From contig CALXAR010000003.1 of NCBI GenBank assembly GCA_944386345.1, forward strand, positions 1-59,628: a stretch of DNA of 59,628 bases. The letters run 5' to 3'. Made by a program: the position numbers and the translations under genes. The DNA is from an uncultured Clostridia bacterium (GTDB lineage: Bacteria; Bacillota; Clostridia; TANB77; CAG-465). Below, in pieces: positions 40,058 through 50,694 of the stretch; the stretch's first letter is position 1, and each line of letters starts with the position of its first letter. Under the pieces are notes generated by a model that saw nothing but the letters and a program-made list of their open reading frames with translations, did not search any database and was not told where the DNA came from.

Positions 40058-41689
40058 ATGAAAGATAGAATATTAGTTATAATAAAGAGTATGATATTTT
40101 TAGCAGTTGTTACTTTTCTTTTTGTTACTGCTAGAGATTTTGGAGATATAAAAATTAGTCGTAGCGATGTAAATTTAATTATATATGGTGATACAATATC
40201 AAGTGAGTACAATCCTTTTGTTGAGGATGGACATATATTTTTATCATTAGATACTGTTTCACAGTTTATCGATGAAGAGCTATTTTACGATGAGGATACT
40301 CAAAAGGTTATTGTAACAACAGAAGATGCGTTATATAAATTTACAGTAGGGAAAAATATTGCTACAAAAAATCTAAGAGAATATGATGCAAAAGCGTGTT
40401 GTAGAATTGTTGATGATAGTATATATATAGATATGAATTTAGTTAAAGATATATATGGTATTAAGCTTGAGTATAATGAGGAAACAAATGCTATATCTAT
40501 AGATAAACTAGATACTGACGATTTAAATTTAAATTATAATGAAGTAAAACTATATAGTGATATAAATACAAATTCAGATATTTTGGAAGTATTAGATAAG
40601 ACAAATACAGTAACGGTTTATCCAGATAGTCTAGAACATAGTAGATGGTATAAAGTAAAGAGTGATTCTGGAAAAATTGGATATATAGAAAAGGCTGCCG
40701 TTACATTAGAAACTGAAGAAGAACCAAATGCTGAAGAAACAGCAGAAGAGGAAAAACTAATTATGTTTTGGCAATATGGTAGTAGCTTAGATACTTTAGG
40801 AGATAAAATTGATGGCGTTAATGTTGTAATGCCAACTTGGTATGAAATTGCAGATGAAAATGGTAATGTATCAGAAGATTATAGTGAAGACTATTATAAT
40901 AAAGCTAAGGATAATGGATACGATATTTGGCCTATTATTACAAATGGATTAGATAATCCAGAACTTGATAAAAAACAAGTTACATCTGAGATTATGAATG
41001 ATGAGCAAAAAAGAGAAAATCTTATTAGAAATATTATTAGTATAATTGAGGATAATAATTTAGATGGAATAAATATAGATTTTGAGGGAATGTATGCAGA
41101 AGATAAGTATATGTATACTCAATTTTTAAGAGAGCTATATCCTTTAGTACGTGAGACAGGCGCAAAGCTATCCGTTGATATATATTTTACAAATTATATA
41201 GACAGACAAGGAGTAGGAAAAGCATGCGACTATGTAATGCTAATGGGATATGATCAAAGAGGAGATTGGTCTGAAAGTCCAGGCTCAATTTCTGAGATTG
41301 GATGGGTAGAAAATAACATTGCATCTTTAATTAATGACTCACAGATTCCATCATCTAAAATTATACTTGGAGTTCCATTTTATACAAGAATGTGGAATAT
41401 AGAAGAAGATGGTACATTTACTACAGATGTTTATAGTATGAGTGATTCACAAGAATTTTTAGAAGACTATGCATTAACTCCAACTATGGATAATATCTCT
41501 GGACAAAATTATATAGAAGTTGTGTTAGATGATATTACTCATAAGTTATGGATAGAAGATGCAGAATCAATGGCAAAAAGAGCAGATATAGTAATAGAGT
41601 ATAATTTGGCTGGAATTACAGCGTGGCAAAAAGGATTTGAAACACAAGACATATGGGAAGTATTAAAAGATAAATTAAAGCAGGAGTAA
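40058..41689 (+). CDS. GH18 glycoside hydrolase with copper-amine-oxidase-N-like and SH3 domains
   Basis: DGINIDFE catalytic motif, LMGYD, LGVPFY, GITAW; SH3-like WYKVK..GKIGYI. Confidence 0.88.
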   Translation: MKDRILVIIKSMIFLAVVTFLFVTARDFGDIKISRSDVNLIIYGDTISSEYNPFVEDGHIFLSLDTVSQFIDEELFYDEDTQKVIVTTEDALYKFTVGKNIATKNLREYDAKACCRIVDDSIYIDMNLVKDIYGIKLEYNEETNAISIDKLDTDDLNLNYNEVKLYSDINTNSDILEVLDKTNTVTVYPDSLEHSRWYKVKSDSGKIGYIEKAAVTLETEEEPNAEETAEEEKLIMFWQYGSSLDTLGDKIDGVNVVMPTWYEIADENGNVSEDYSEDYYNKAKDNGYDIWPIITNGLDNPELDKKQVTSEIMNDEQKRENLIRNIISIIEDNNLDGINIDFEGMYAEDKYMYTQFLRELYPLVRETGAKLSVDIYFTNYIDRQGVGKACDYVMLMGYDQRGDWSESPGSISEIGWVENNIASLINDSQIPSSKIILGVPFYTRMWNIEEDGTFTTDVYSMSDSQEFLEDYALTPTMDNISGQNYIEVVLDDITHKLWIEDAESMAKRADIVIEYNLAGITAWQKGFETQDIWEVLKDKLKQE

Positions 41690-41709
41690 TTTTTACTCCT
41701 GCTTTTTTT
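41677..41709 (+). terminator. Intrinsic terminator
   Basis: AAAGCAGGAGTAA-ttt-TTACTCCTGCTTT plus T run. Confidence 0.85.
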
Positions 41710-41827
41710 GACAAAAGTATGAATATATATAACACTTTTTGTATAAAATTTAACATAAAACATTCACAAATTGGCAAAAATATAGTATAATATATTTTAT
41801 GATGTAAAAACGTGTATAGGAGTGTGA

Positions 41828-44800
41828 ATGATGTTAATAAATGCAGAAGAAATAAATAGTATATTATTTGAGGCAGGTACGGATATTACTAACAGAGGAA
41901 AGAAATATTTTGAACAAAATAGAGTAAAGGTCGCTGATTTTAATTATGTTTCAGAAAATAACTATGTAGCTAAAGCATATGTAGAAGGAACATATATATA
42001 CGAAGTTGAAATTAGAAAAACTAATGGAGTACTATCATATAAATGTGAATGTCCTTCGTCGAATAAAAAGAGCACACCTTGCAAACATGTTGTTGCCATG
42101 GTTTTTGATATGTATATTAACGAGGCTTCATATGTTAACTATGTAAAAAATAGTGAGTCTACAGATATTGATGATGACTTAGTTGAAAACATGTCATACA
42201 AGGATAAAATAAACGAGCAAAGAGAAAATAACGGCCTAATGATTTATTATGAAAATCTAGAGTTAAATAGAAATATTGACAAGGAAAGTGTAAATATTGA
42301 AGCAATACTATATTTAATGAACGATATGCAAAAAGAACTTGAAATCTCTTTTAAAATAGGAAAAAACAGAATGTATATTTTAAGAGATTTATATAAGTTT
42401 AGTGAGGATATGCAAAAAGGCATTGTAAATAAATATGGAAAAGAATTAGAATTTAAACACTCTATTGAGTCTTTTACAAAAGATTCACAGCCTTTAGCTA
42501 AGCTTATTGTTTCTAAGGCTTTAGAGTATAATGAGTTTTCAAAATTAGGTACTTATCATTTTACAGTAAATAAGAGATATAAAACTAATTTTAAGCTTAA
42601 GTATTCTCTACTTGATGAAGTTTTTGATATATTAAAAGGTAAAAAAGTTGTAATAGAAGATTATGACTATGAAAAAGCATATGGAATGGTTACTTTAGAA
42701 GAAAGCGATCCATCATTTGATATAGAAATATTTGACATGCAAGATAGTGGCCTTGCAGTAGTGTCAAATAGTGATAAATACTATATATTTGAAGGACAAG
42801 AATATTCATATGTATTATATAAAGATAAACTTCATAGATGTAGTGGAGAATTTACTATAAAAGTTCTTCCTTTAATCGAAAAGTTATCTAAAGACCCAGA
42901 GGGAAGAATAACAATATCTAAAAATAGTGCTACAAGCTTTTGTGAATATGTAATACCAGCTTTAAGAAATAGTACAAATCTAATTATAGAAGAAGGAATA
43001 CTTGAAAAGTATAAGGCAGAAAAACTTGGCACAAAAATATATCTTGATATTGATAATAAAGGAAATATTGTAGCAGAGGTAAAATTTTGCTATGGTAATA
43101 TTGAATTTAATCCTTTTGATAAGGACTTAAAGATTACATGTAATAGAAACATTATTGAAGAGGCTAGAGCAAAAGAACTATTTAAAATGTATAATTTTGT
43201 AATTAATTTTAAAAAGCATATTATTTATCTTTCAAACGAAGATGATATCTATACTTTTTTAACAGAAGGTATAGAGAAATTTATGGAAAAGTTTGAGGTA
43301 TTAATTACAGATAAGCTAAAAAATAAACAAATAATAACTCAAAAGACATTTAATATGGGTGTTAGAATTGAAAATAACTTCTTAGAGATTGACTTTAATG
43401 AGTTAGGACTTGATGAGAATGAATTAAAAGATATCTTTAAAAGATATAAACTAAGAAAAAAATATTATAGATTAAAGGATGGTAGCTTTATAAATATTGA
43501 CTCCGATGGAATTGGAACACTAGTAAATTTAGCTAAGACACTAAATATAACTGAAAAAGATATAGTAAATGGTAGTGCTCAGATACCTAAATATAGAGCT
43601 TTATATATAGATAATATTGCTAAAAATAACAGTTCTGATATAACAATTAAACTAGATAATGACTTTAGAGAAATAGTAAGAAATATAAAAGATATTGATG
43701 ATACTAAATTTGAAGAGCCAGAAGAGTTAAAAGGAGTACTTAGAAGCTATCAAAAGACTGGATTTAACTGGTTAAAAACACTAGATAAATATGGCTTTGG
43801 TGGAATACTTGCAGATGATATGGGACTTGGAAAAACAATACAGATAATCGCTCTTTTATTAGATGAGAAAAAGAGGACAGGAAAGACATCAATTGTAGTA
43901 TGTCCAAGCTCATTATATATAAACTGGGAAAAAGAGATAAGTAGATTTTCAAATAGCATAAAGACACTAATTATTTCTGGTAACGCAGAGCAAAGAGAAA
44001 ACTTGATAAAAAGCATTTCAGACTATGATGTTATTATTACTTCATATGACTTATTAAAAAGAGATATTGAGCAATATAAAGACTTTAAATTTAAATATGT
44101 AATAGCAGATGAGGCACAATATATTAAAAATAATAATACTAAAAATGCAAAAGCATTAAAAGAGTTAAAAAGTGAGGTAAGATTTGCTTTAACTGGTACA
44201 CCAATTGAGAACTCTCTTGCTGAGCTTTGGTCTATCTTTGATTTTATTATGCCAGGCTATCTATATACATATAAGAAGTTTAAAGATGAGTTTGAGACTA
44301 TAATAATAAAAGAAAATGACTCTGCAACAATGGAAAGACTACAGAGGCTTGTAGCTCCATTTATCTTAAGACGTATTAAAAAGGAAGTACTAAAAGAGTT
44401 ACCAGATAAGACAGAGCAAATAATGTATAGTAAGATGGATGAAGAACAGCAAAAATTATATAACTCATATTTAGCTTTAGCAAAAGTTAAGATGAAACAA
44501 GAGATTGAATCTAATGGATTTGAAAAGAGTAAGTTTAAGATATTATCTCTAATTACTAGACTTAGACAAATTTGCTGTCATCCAAAATTATTCTTAGAAA
44601 ACTATAATGGCGAAAGCTCAAAATTAAATCAATGCTTAGAGCTAATAGAAGGAGCAATAGCTGCTAAACATAAAATATTATTGTTCTCAGGATTTACTTC
44701 TATGTTTGATATTTTAATTGAGGAATTTGAAAAAAGAGGAATAGAATACTCTATTCTTACAGGTCAAACAAAAGTAGACACAAGAATTGAAATGGTAGAT

Positions 44801-45127
44801 GAGTTTAATAAAGATGATAATATTAAAGTATTTCTAATTTCTCTTAAAGCTGGAGGAACTGGTTTAAACTTAACAGGAGCTGATGTTGTAATTCATTTTG
44901 ACCCATGGTGGAATTTATCTGCACAAAATCAGGCAACTGATAGAGCATACAGAATAGGACAAAGAAACAACGTTCAGGTATTTAAGCTAATATGCGAAAA
45001 TAGCATTGAGGAAAAGATTCAAAAGCTTCAAGAAAGAAAAAAAGATCTTACAGAATCAGTAATTAAATCAGGAGAGACATTTATATCAAAGATGTCAAAA
45101 GAAGAAATACTTGGATTATTTGAATAG
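41828..45127 (+). CDS. SWIM zinc-finger SNF2-family helicase
   Basis: CECP..PCKH SWIM; LADDMGLGKT, DEAQ, LTGTPIEN, SLKAGGTGLNL, QATDRAYRIGQ. Confidence 0.95.
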   Translation: MMLINAEEINSILFEAGTDITNRGKKYFEQNRVKVADFNYVSENNYVAKAYVEGTYIYEVEIRKTNGVLSYKCECPSSNKKSTPCKHVVAMVFDMYINEASYVNYVKNSESTDIDDDLVENMSYKDKINEQRENNGLMIYYENLELNRNIDKESVNIEAILYLMNDMQKELEISFKIGKNRMYILRDLYKFSEDMQKGIVNKYGKELEFKHSIESFTKDSQPLAKLIVSKALEYNEFSKLGTYHFTVNKRYKTNFKLKYSLLDEVFDILKGKKVVIEDYDYEKAYGMVTLEESDPSFDIEIFDMQDSGLAVVSNSDKYYIFEGQEYSYVLYKDKLHRCSGEFTIKVLPLIEKLSKDPEGRITISKNSATSFCEYVIPALRNSTNLIIEEGILEKYKAEKLGTKIYLDIDNKGNIVAEVKFCYGNIEFNPFDKDLKITCNRNIIEEARAKELFKMYNFVINFKKHIIYLSNEDDIYTFLTEGIEKFMEKFEVLITDKLKNKQIITQKTFNMGVRIENNFLEIDFNELGLDENELKDIFKRYKLRKKYYRLKDGSFINIDSDGIGTLVNLAKTLNITEKDIVNGSAQIPKYRALYIDNIAKNNSSDITIKLDNDFREIVRNIKDIDDTKFEEPEELKGVLRSYQKTGFNWLKTLDKYGFGGILADDMGLGKTIQIIALLLDEKKRTGKTSIVVCPSSLYINWEKEISRFSNSIKTLIISGNAEQRENLIKSISDYDVIITSYDLLKRDIEQYKDFKFKYVIADEAQYIKNNNTKNAKALKELKSEVRFALTGTPIENSLAELWSIFDFIMPGYLYTYKKFKDEFETIIIKENDSATMERLQRLVAPFILRRIKKEVLKELPDKTEQIMYSKMDEEQQKLYNSYLALAKVKMKQEIESNGFEKSKFKILSLITRLRQICCHPKLFLENYNGESSKLNQCLELIEGAIAAKHKILLFSGFTSMFDILIEEFEKRGIEYSILTGQTKVDTRIEMVDEFNKDDNIKVFLISLKAGGTGLNLTGADVVIHFDPWWNLSAQNQATDRAYRIGQRNNVQVFKLICENSIEEKIQKLQERKKDLTESVIKSGETFISKMSKEEILGLFE

Positions 45128-45129
45128 AG

Positions 45130-45173
45130 AAAAAAACAATAGTAAAATCATTTTACTATTGTTTTTTTTTTTT
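45130..45173 (+). terminator. Intrinsic terminator
   Basis: AAAAAAACAATAGTAAAA-tca-TTTTACTATTGTTTTTTT. Confidence 0.8.
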
Positions 45174-45270
45174 GCTAAATTTAGAACATATTTTTATATA
45201 TATAATTTCTTTTTCTACAAATTATACATTTAGTAAGTAGTATAACTTTACTATATAAGAGGTGGTTATT

Positions 45271-46179
45271 ATGATAGATGAAATATTAAGGGTATTGCCA
45301 AGCTATATTTCAAATGAAATCATAAAGTTAAATTGTAGCCAGAACATAACTGAAATTAGACTTAGAACTAAATGTAAAGTGATACTTATTTGTGGAAAAA
45401 ACGAAATGGTTTTAAATTGTATCGTTACGCCTAAAACTATACTAGATATTTTATTAAACGTATCTAAAAATTCGATATATGCTATACAAAATGATATAAA
45501 TAATGGATTTGTTGTAATTAGAGGAGGTCATAGAATAGGAATAAGTGGAGAGGTTGTATATGTTGACGATAAGATAAAAAATATAAAGAATATTTGTAGT
45601 TTAAATATTCGTGTGGCAAGACAGATATATGGATGTGCGGATTTAGTACTACCTAAAATTATATCTGGTAATACCTTTTTAAATACTCTAATTGTATCTC
45701 CTCCTGGATGTGGTAAAACAACTCTAATAAGAGATATTATAAGACAAATTAGCAATGGGATTCCATCGTTAAATTTTAAGGGGAAAAATGTAGCTTTAAT
45801 AGATGAAAGAGGAGAGATTGCCTCAGTATATGAAGGGATACCTAGTTTGGATGTTGGAATTAGAACGGATATAATGAGTAATGTAAATAAAGCGTCAGGA
45901 ATGAAGATGATGATTCGCTCTATGGCACCAGATATAGTTGCAACTGATGAGATAGGCAAAAAAGAAGACATTGTAGCAATTAAAGAAGCAATACTTTCAG
46001 GAGTTAAAGTAATATTTACAATGCATGGAGACTCAATCAAGAGTATATTAAAAAATGAAAATATAAAAGAACTACTCAATTTGAATATATTTTCTAAAAT
46101 TATTTTACTATCTAACGGGAAGATACCAGGTATTATTGAAAAGGTGTATGATACAGAAAAATTAGGAGGTGTTGCATGA
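45271..46179 (+). CDS. spoIIIAA: Stage III sporulation protein AA
   Basis: EIRLR, GGHRIG, SLNIRVAR, PPGCGKTT, IDERGEIA, DEIG, TMHG. Confidence 0.96.
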   Translation: MIDEILRVLPSYISNEIIKLNCSQNITEIRLRTKCKVILICGKNEMVLNCIVTPKTILDILLNVSKNSIYAIQNDINNGFVVIRGGHRIGISGEVVYVDDKIKNIKNICSLNIRVARQIYGCADLVLPKIISGNTFLNTLIVSPPGCGKTTLIRDIIRQISNGIPSLNFKGKNVALIDERGEIASVYEGIPSLDVGIRTDIMSNVNKASGMKMMIRSMAPDIVATDEIGKKEDIVAIKEAILSGVKVIFTMHGDSIKSILKNENIKELLNLNIFSKIILLSNGKIPGIIEKVYDTEKLGGVA

Positions 46180-46691
46180 TATTTATAAAAATAATTATTT
46201 CTATAGCAATTTTATGTATAACATCTTATATAGGAATTGAAATGTCTAAGTCTCTAAAAGCTAGAGAAGAGATATTAACAGATTTTATTACCTTTTTAAG
46301 ACTTTTGCAAAATGAAATGATATATATGGCTAATAGCTTACCAGTATCTTTTGAAATATCTAGGCAAAGACTAAGCTCAAGGTTAAAAGATGTAATAGGT
46401 GCAATAGCACTTGATATCTCTGAGTATGGAAGCAATAAGGTCGACATGAGTATAACAAATAATGTTAATACATTAGAAGAATTAAATGATTATGATAAGG
46501 ATATAATTATATCTACGCTAAAGAACTTAGGAAGAAGTGATATTGATTCACAAAATAACATTATAGAAAATGCTATTTGCATAATACAAAAACAAATTAA
46601 AGAGGCAAATACTAATAAAGTAAAAAGCTCAAAAGTATATAAAACAGTAGGAGTTATTACAGGACTAATTATAGTTGTTATATTCATATAA
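46176..46691 (+). CDS. spoIIIAB: Stage III sporulation protein AB
   Basis: Operon position; terminal TMs; LGRSD motif. Confidence 0.9.
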   Translation: MIFIKIIISIAILCITSYIGIEMSKSLKAREEILTDFITFLRLLQNEMIYMANSLPVSFEISRQRLSSRLKDVIGAIALDISEYGSNKVDMSITNNVNTLEELNDYDKDIIISTLKNLGRSDIDSQNNIIENAICIIQKQIKEANTNKVKSSKVYKTVGVITGLIIVVIFI

Positions 46692-46703
46692 GGAGGAATG
46701 CGT

Positions 46704-46898
46704 ATGGATATAGATTTATTATTTAAAATAGCAGGAGTTGGAATACTAGTTGCAGTACTTAATCAAGTATTATCAAAGGCAGGAAGAGAAGATCAAGCTA
46801 TGATGACAACTCTTACTGGAGTTATAATCGTTCTTATGATGGTTATTTCTAAAATAAGTGAGCTATTTAATACTGTTAGAGATACTTTTAATTTATAG
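46704..46898 (+). CDS. spoIIIAC: Stage III sporulation protein AC
   Basis: MDIDLLFKIAGVGILVAVLNQVLSKAGREDQA signature. Confidence 0.96.
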   Translation: MDIDLLFKIAGVGILVAVLNQVLSKAGREDQAMMTTLTGVIIVLMMVISKISELFNTVRDTFNL

Positions 46899-46907
46899 GA
46901 GAAAAAT

Positions 46908-47291
46908 ATGACTTTATTTAAAATAGTAGGATTTGGAATAATTGCAGTATCACTAATTATTATTCTTAAAAACCAACGTCCTGAGATAGCACTTATGTGT
47001 ATTGTGGCTTCATCTGTAATAATTTTGCTATTTGTTTTTGATGAACTAAAAAATATTATTGATTTAATAAATTCACTAATGGCTAATTCTTCTATTGATA
47101 GTACATATATAAAAATTATACTAAAGGTAATAGGTATTACATATATAATTGAATTTGGAAAAGATATATGTAAAGATGCAGGAGAGAGTGCAATAGCAAA
47201 TAAGATTGAGCTTGCTGGAAAAGTAATAATAGTGTCACTATCTATCCCAGTTGTTGCTTCACTTGTAGATATTGTCACTCAAATTGTATGA
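46908..47291 (+). CDS. spoIIIAD: Stage III sporulation protein AD
   Basis: ILKVIGITYIIEF..ICKDAGESAIANKIELAGK signature. Confidence 0.96.
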   Translation: MTLFKIVGFGIIAVSLIIILKNQRPEIALMCIVASSVIILLFVFDELKNIIDLINSLMANSSIDSTYIKIILKVIGITYIIEFGKDICKDAGESAIANKIELAGKVIIVSLSIPVVASLVDIVTQIV

Positions 47292-48442
47292 TGAAAAAAG
47301 CTTTTAAATTATTAATATTATATATATGTATAGCATACTTTTTTAGCTTTAATGCTTTTGCAGAAGAATTAGATGTTACTAAAAATGTTTCTGAGAGCTT
47401 AGATGTAGATAAATATATAAATGTATTTGAAGAGTATATAGAAGAATATAATCTAGAGGAATTTAGTCCTTCAAATCTTTATTCTAATCTAGTTTCAGGT
47501 AAAGGAATAGATTATGAAAATATTATAGATACTTTTGCTTCAAATTTAGTTGTTCAAGTAAAAGAAAGTATTAATAGTGTAACTACAATTTTTGTAATCA
47601 TAATTGTTATGGCTATCTTATCAAGTTTAGAGTTAGACAAAAATAGTGACATAGTAAAGATAAGTAAACTTATAGTACTAATTTGTGTCGGCTCAATATT
47701 ACTAAAAAATTATATTGAGATATTAGAAATGTTTAGAAACTTAGTAAACACTTTAGGATATATAATGCAGATAGTCTCTACTTTTTTGATGGGAATTTTA
47801 GTTGCAAGTGGGAAGATAGCTTCAACAGGAATAATACAACCATTACTTTTGTTTATAGCAAATTTTATATGTGTTGTTACACAATATGTAGTAATTCCAT
47901 TTTTTACAATCTCAATTGTAATTAATATTGTCTCTAAGATATCTGAGAATATAAGAATGGATGAGTTATCAGGTTTATTTAGAAAATCTTCATTGTATAT
48001 TTTTAGCTCTGTTATTGCCATATTTATTTTAATACTCTCTATGGAGTCTTCTGTAACTAAGTCAATAGATAGTGTGTATTTTAAAGCAACACAGAGTGTA
48101 GTTTCAAATGTAGTTCCAGTTGTAGGAAAATTTTTATCTGATAGTCTTGATATCGTGCTAGGAGCAACAGAGCTGATTGGAAAGGTAGGTGGAGCCGTTG
48201 CATTAGTATCCGTTATTTTAATAGTTAGTATTCCAATTATTAAACTAGTGGTAATTGTTGTTTTATACAAGTTGTTAACAGCACTAAGTGAACCAATAAA
48301 TTCTGATAAGACGATTTCTTCATTTATAAATGGATTTACAAAAGTATACAAAGATATGTTGGGTGTTTTAATTGGAATAATGGTACTATTTGTAATGTCT
48401 ACAGGAATAATAATGGGAATTATTAGCACAATAAGTGAATAG
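47288..48442 (+). CDS. spoIIIAE: Stage III sporulation protein AE
   Basis: Multi-TM, VPVVGKFLSD motif, operon position. Confidence 0.93.
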   Translation: MMKKAFKLLILYICIAYFFSFNAFAEELDVTKNVSESLDVDKYINVFEEYIEEYNLEEFSPSNLYSNLVSGKGIDYENIIDTFASNLVVQVKESINSVTTIFVIIIVMAILSSLELDKNSDIVKISKLIVLICVGSILLKNYIEILEMFRNLVNTLGYIMQIVSTFLMGILVASGKIASTGIIQPLLLFIANFICVVTQYVVIPFFTISIVINIVSKISENIRMDELSGLFRKSSLYIFSSVIAIFILILSMESSVTKSIDSVYFKATQSVVSNVVPVVGKFLSDSLDIVLGATELIGKVGGAVALVSVILIVSIPIIKLVVIVVLYKLLTALSEPINSDKTISSFINGFTKVYKDMLGVLIGIMVLFVMSTGIIMGIISTISE

Positions 48443-48455
48443 GGGGGGGATATAT

Positions 48456-48956
48456 GTGTTAGATGTCTTTAAAAATTGGATAAGTTCTATTTTGGCAATT
48501 GGTATTTTATTTACAATTATAAGAATAATTTTGCCTAATTCACATTTTAAAAAATATATTTATTCTCTTATTGGAATAGTTACAATAATTGTAATAATTA
48601 GTCCTGTAATTTCAGCAGTAAAATCTACTAATTTTGATAATATAAAAGACATAGTTTTAAATGCTACTAATATAGATAGCTCTGATGTAAATTATACAAA
48701 TCTATCTAATTACGAAGATGTTAATGAAAATAATGTAAAGAAGAATTTTATTACTAGTGTTGAAAATGATATAAAAGAGAAGCTATCAAGTAATATTGAT
48801 AATAATGTAGATGTAAATATAGAAATAACCGATACATATAATATAGAAAAAATAAATATTACTTTGTATGGAGAAACTTCCTTTGACATTTTGTCTTTTA
48901 TTAGTGAAGAATATGATATAGGAAAAGATAAAATTAATTTACAAAGGGGAGATTAA
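48456..48956 (+). CDS. spoIIIAF: Stage III sporulation protein AF
   Basis: W..I....ILPN..FKKYI...G....IISP pattern; operon position. Confidence 0.9.
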   Translation: MLDVFKNWISSILAIGILFTIIRIILPNSHFKKYIYSLIGIVTIIVIISPVISAVKSTNFDNIKDIVLNATNIDSSDVNYTNLSNYEDVNENNVKKNFITSVENDIKEKLSSNIDNNVDVNIEITDTYNIEKINITLYGETSFDILSFISEEYDIGKDKINLQRGD

Positions 48957-48958
48957 TT

Positions 48959-49489
48959 ATGAACTATTTAGATACATTAAAAAATATAACTAAGGACTCA
49001 AAAAGAAAAAGAGAAAACTTAATTTTATTATTAGTGCTATTAGTAATACTTTTAATAAGTATTAACTATATATTTAAAGAGGATAAAAGTGAGAATGAAA
49101 CAGTAGTTGAAGAAGAGATTAAAGAACAAAAAAGCGATACTGTAAGCTTAGAAGAAAAGCTTTCAGAGATAATAAATCAAATATCTGGTATTACAGAAGC
49201 ATCAATAGTTATTAATTACTCAAATAATGGTAGTAATGATATTGTATATGATACGAAAGAGACCTTAAATGAACAGGGAAATGTTCTTAGTGTGGAAAGA
49301 AGTGTTGCATATAACGAAGAGAATGGCAATAAAACTGCAATTATACAAATGTATAATATGCCAACTGTTGAGGGAGTAATAATTGTAGGTAAAGGAGTTG
49401 AAAGTGCTGATGTTAAACAAAAATTATCCACTGCTATAGGAAATTTACTAGGAATTGCATCATATAAAGTACAGGTTTTTGAAAAATAG
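48959..49489 (+). CDS. spoIIIAG: Stage III sporulation protein AG
   Basis: LEEKLSEIINQISG, PTVEGVIIVGKG, KVQVF motifs. Confidence 0.92.
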   Translation: MNYLDTLKNITKDSKRKRENLILLLVLLVILLISINYIFKEDKSENETVVEEEIKEQKSDTVSLEEKLSEIINQISGITEASIVINYSNNGSNDIVYDTKETLNEQGNVLSVERSVAYNEENGNKTAIIQMYNMPTVEGVIIVGKGVESADVKQKLSTAIGNLLGIASYKVQVFEK

Positions 49490-49502
49490 GAGGTTAGTTA
49501 GT

Positions 49503-50039
49503 TTGAAAAATAAAGAAAAAATAAAAAGATTATCAATGGCGGCTCTTTCATTTTGCTTTATGCTAGCAATAGCAGGATATATAAATTATAAGTATAATCC
49601 AGAAAGAGAAAAAGATCTTGGGCAAACAGTTTATGTTAATTCAAACAGTGATGAGGTTGATATATATAAAGAAGAAAATTTAGAGGAAGATAAGATAACG
49701 TCATTTAGAAATGATAGAGATAATATGTACTCAGAGCTTGCAAATAATTACTCTGAGATAATAAATAATGAAAATTCAAGTGAAGAGACCATAACAGAGT
49801 ATCAACAAAAGCTAAGTGCTTTAATAGAAGAAAAAAATCAAGTGTTAATGGTTGAAAATATAATAAAATCAAAAGGGGTTGAAGACATTGTAATAGTATT
49901 AACAAATAGTCAAAAAGCAAATGTTATTGTAAAAGCAGAGGAGATAACAGAGAGTTTAGCTGCTCAAATAATGCAGACAATTGTTGACCAATTGAATATA
50001 GATGTAAATAATATTACCATAGAAAATGTTAATATGTGA
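49503..50039 (+). CDS. spoIIIAH: Stage III sporulation protein AH
   Basis: IAGYINY TM, ENIIKSKG.ED.V..ANVIVK ring-building motif; GGAGG RBS before TTG. Confidence 0.9.
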   Translation: MKNKEKIKRLSMAALSFCFMLAIAGYINYKYNPEREKDLGQTVYVNSNSDEVDIYKEENLEEDKITSFRNDRDNMYSELANNYSEIINNENSSEETITEYQQKLSALIEEKNQVLMVENIIKSKGVEDIVIVLTNSQKANVIVKAEEITESLAAQIMQTIVDQLNIDVNNITIENVNM

Positions 50040-50048
50040 GAAATTTGT

Positions 50049-50077
50049 AAAAGATATCGGTAAGATATCTTTTTTTT
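50049..50077 (+). terminator. Intrinsic terminator of spoIIIA operon
   Basis: AAAAGATATC-ggtaa-GATATCTTTT plus T run. Confidence 0.7.
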
Positions 50078-50196
50078 GAAAATTGTGTTGATTAACTTTT
50101 AAACTAATGATAATATTTAAAATATGTTCTTGAAAAATAATTATTTTTATGATACCATAAAAATGATTATGAAGATTTAAGGAGTGAAAAGGATTA

Positions 50197-50682
50197 ATGA
50201 AGAATAAAAAGAATACGTTAATTATAATATTATTACTTATATTATTAGGATTTGCAATTGCATATATTGTGCTTGGACCTAATGGATATAAGTCAACACA
50301 AGTTGGAAAAGATTTCTTTGATGATGTTATGGAATTACAAGCTAACCTTTCATATTATGTAGGAGCTTCATATTCTGATGCTTTTGGTGTATATTCTAAA
50401 GATGAAATTTTACTTGGGAAGACTGTAGATGGCGAGCAAATTAAAGATAATCAAGATAATTTATTGCCTACTTTAGTTGATGAAGCAACAGCAGAAGACT
50501 ATGACGGTGAATCAAAAGCATATAAACTAAATATGGAATATGTAGAAACAACTCTTGGAATAGATATTGATGACTATGATGGAGTAAGTTTTTATGTTGT
50601 AGATGGTGATTTTGTAAAAGTAAAACTAGATGGAGAACCAGAATGGTGGAATAATAACTATGATAATTTAATTTTAAAATAG
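50197..50682 (+). CDS. Membrane-anchored protein resembling a degenerate type IV pilin
   Basis: Basic N-terminus, hydrophobic helix ending VLGPNG, amphipathic FFDDVMELQANL helix, acidic globular domain; no G|F..E motif. Confidence 0.45.
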   Translation: MKNKKNTLIIILLLILLGFAIAYIVLGPNGYKSTQVGKDFFDDVMELQANLSYYVGASYSDAFGVYSKDEILLGKTVDGEQIKDNQDNLLPTLVDEATAEDYDGESKAYKLNMEYVETTLGIDIDDYDGVSFYVVDGDFVKVKLDGEPEWWNNNYDNLILK

Positions 50683-50694
50683 GGAGAAAAGTGT

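Noticed and set aside
41828-45127. SNF2 helicase as an anti-phage defence gene
   Set aside because: SWIM-SNF2 architecture is a widespread stand-alone Firmicute gene; no methylase or nuclease partners adjacent
48442-48449. G8 homopolymer at the spoIIIAE/AF junction as a slippage switch
   Set aside because: It serves as the RBS of spoIIIAF and lies between coding regions, so length change would not frameshift either gene
45271-50039. spoIIIA secretion-like genes as part of a novel secretion system
   Set aside because: Canonical complete spoIIIAA-AH sporulation operon
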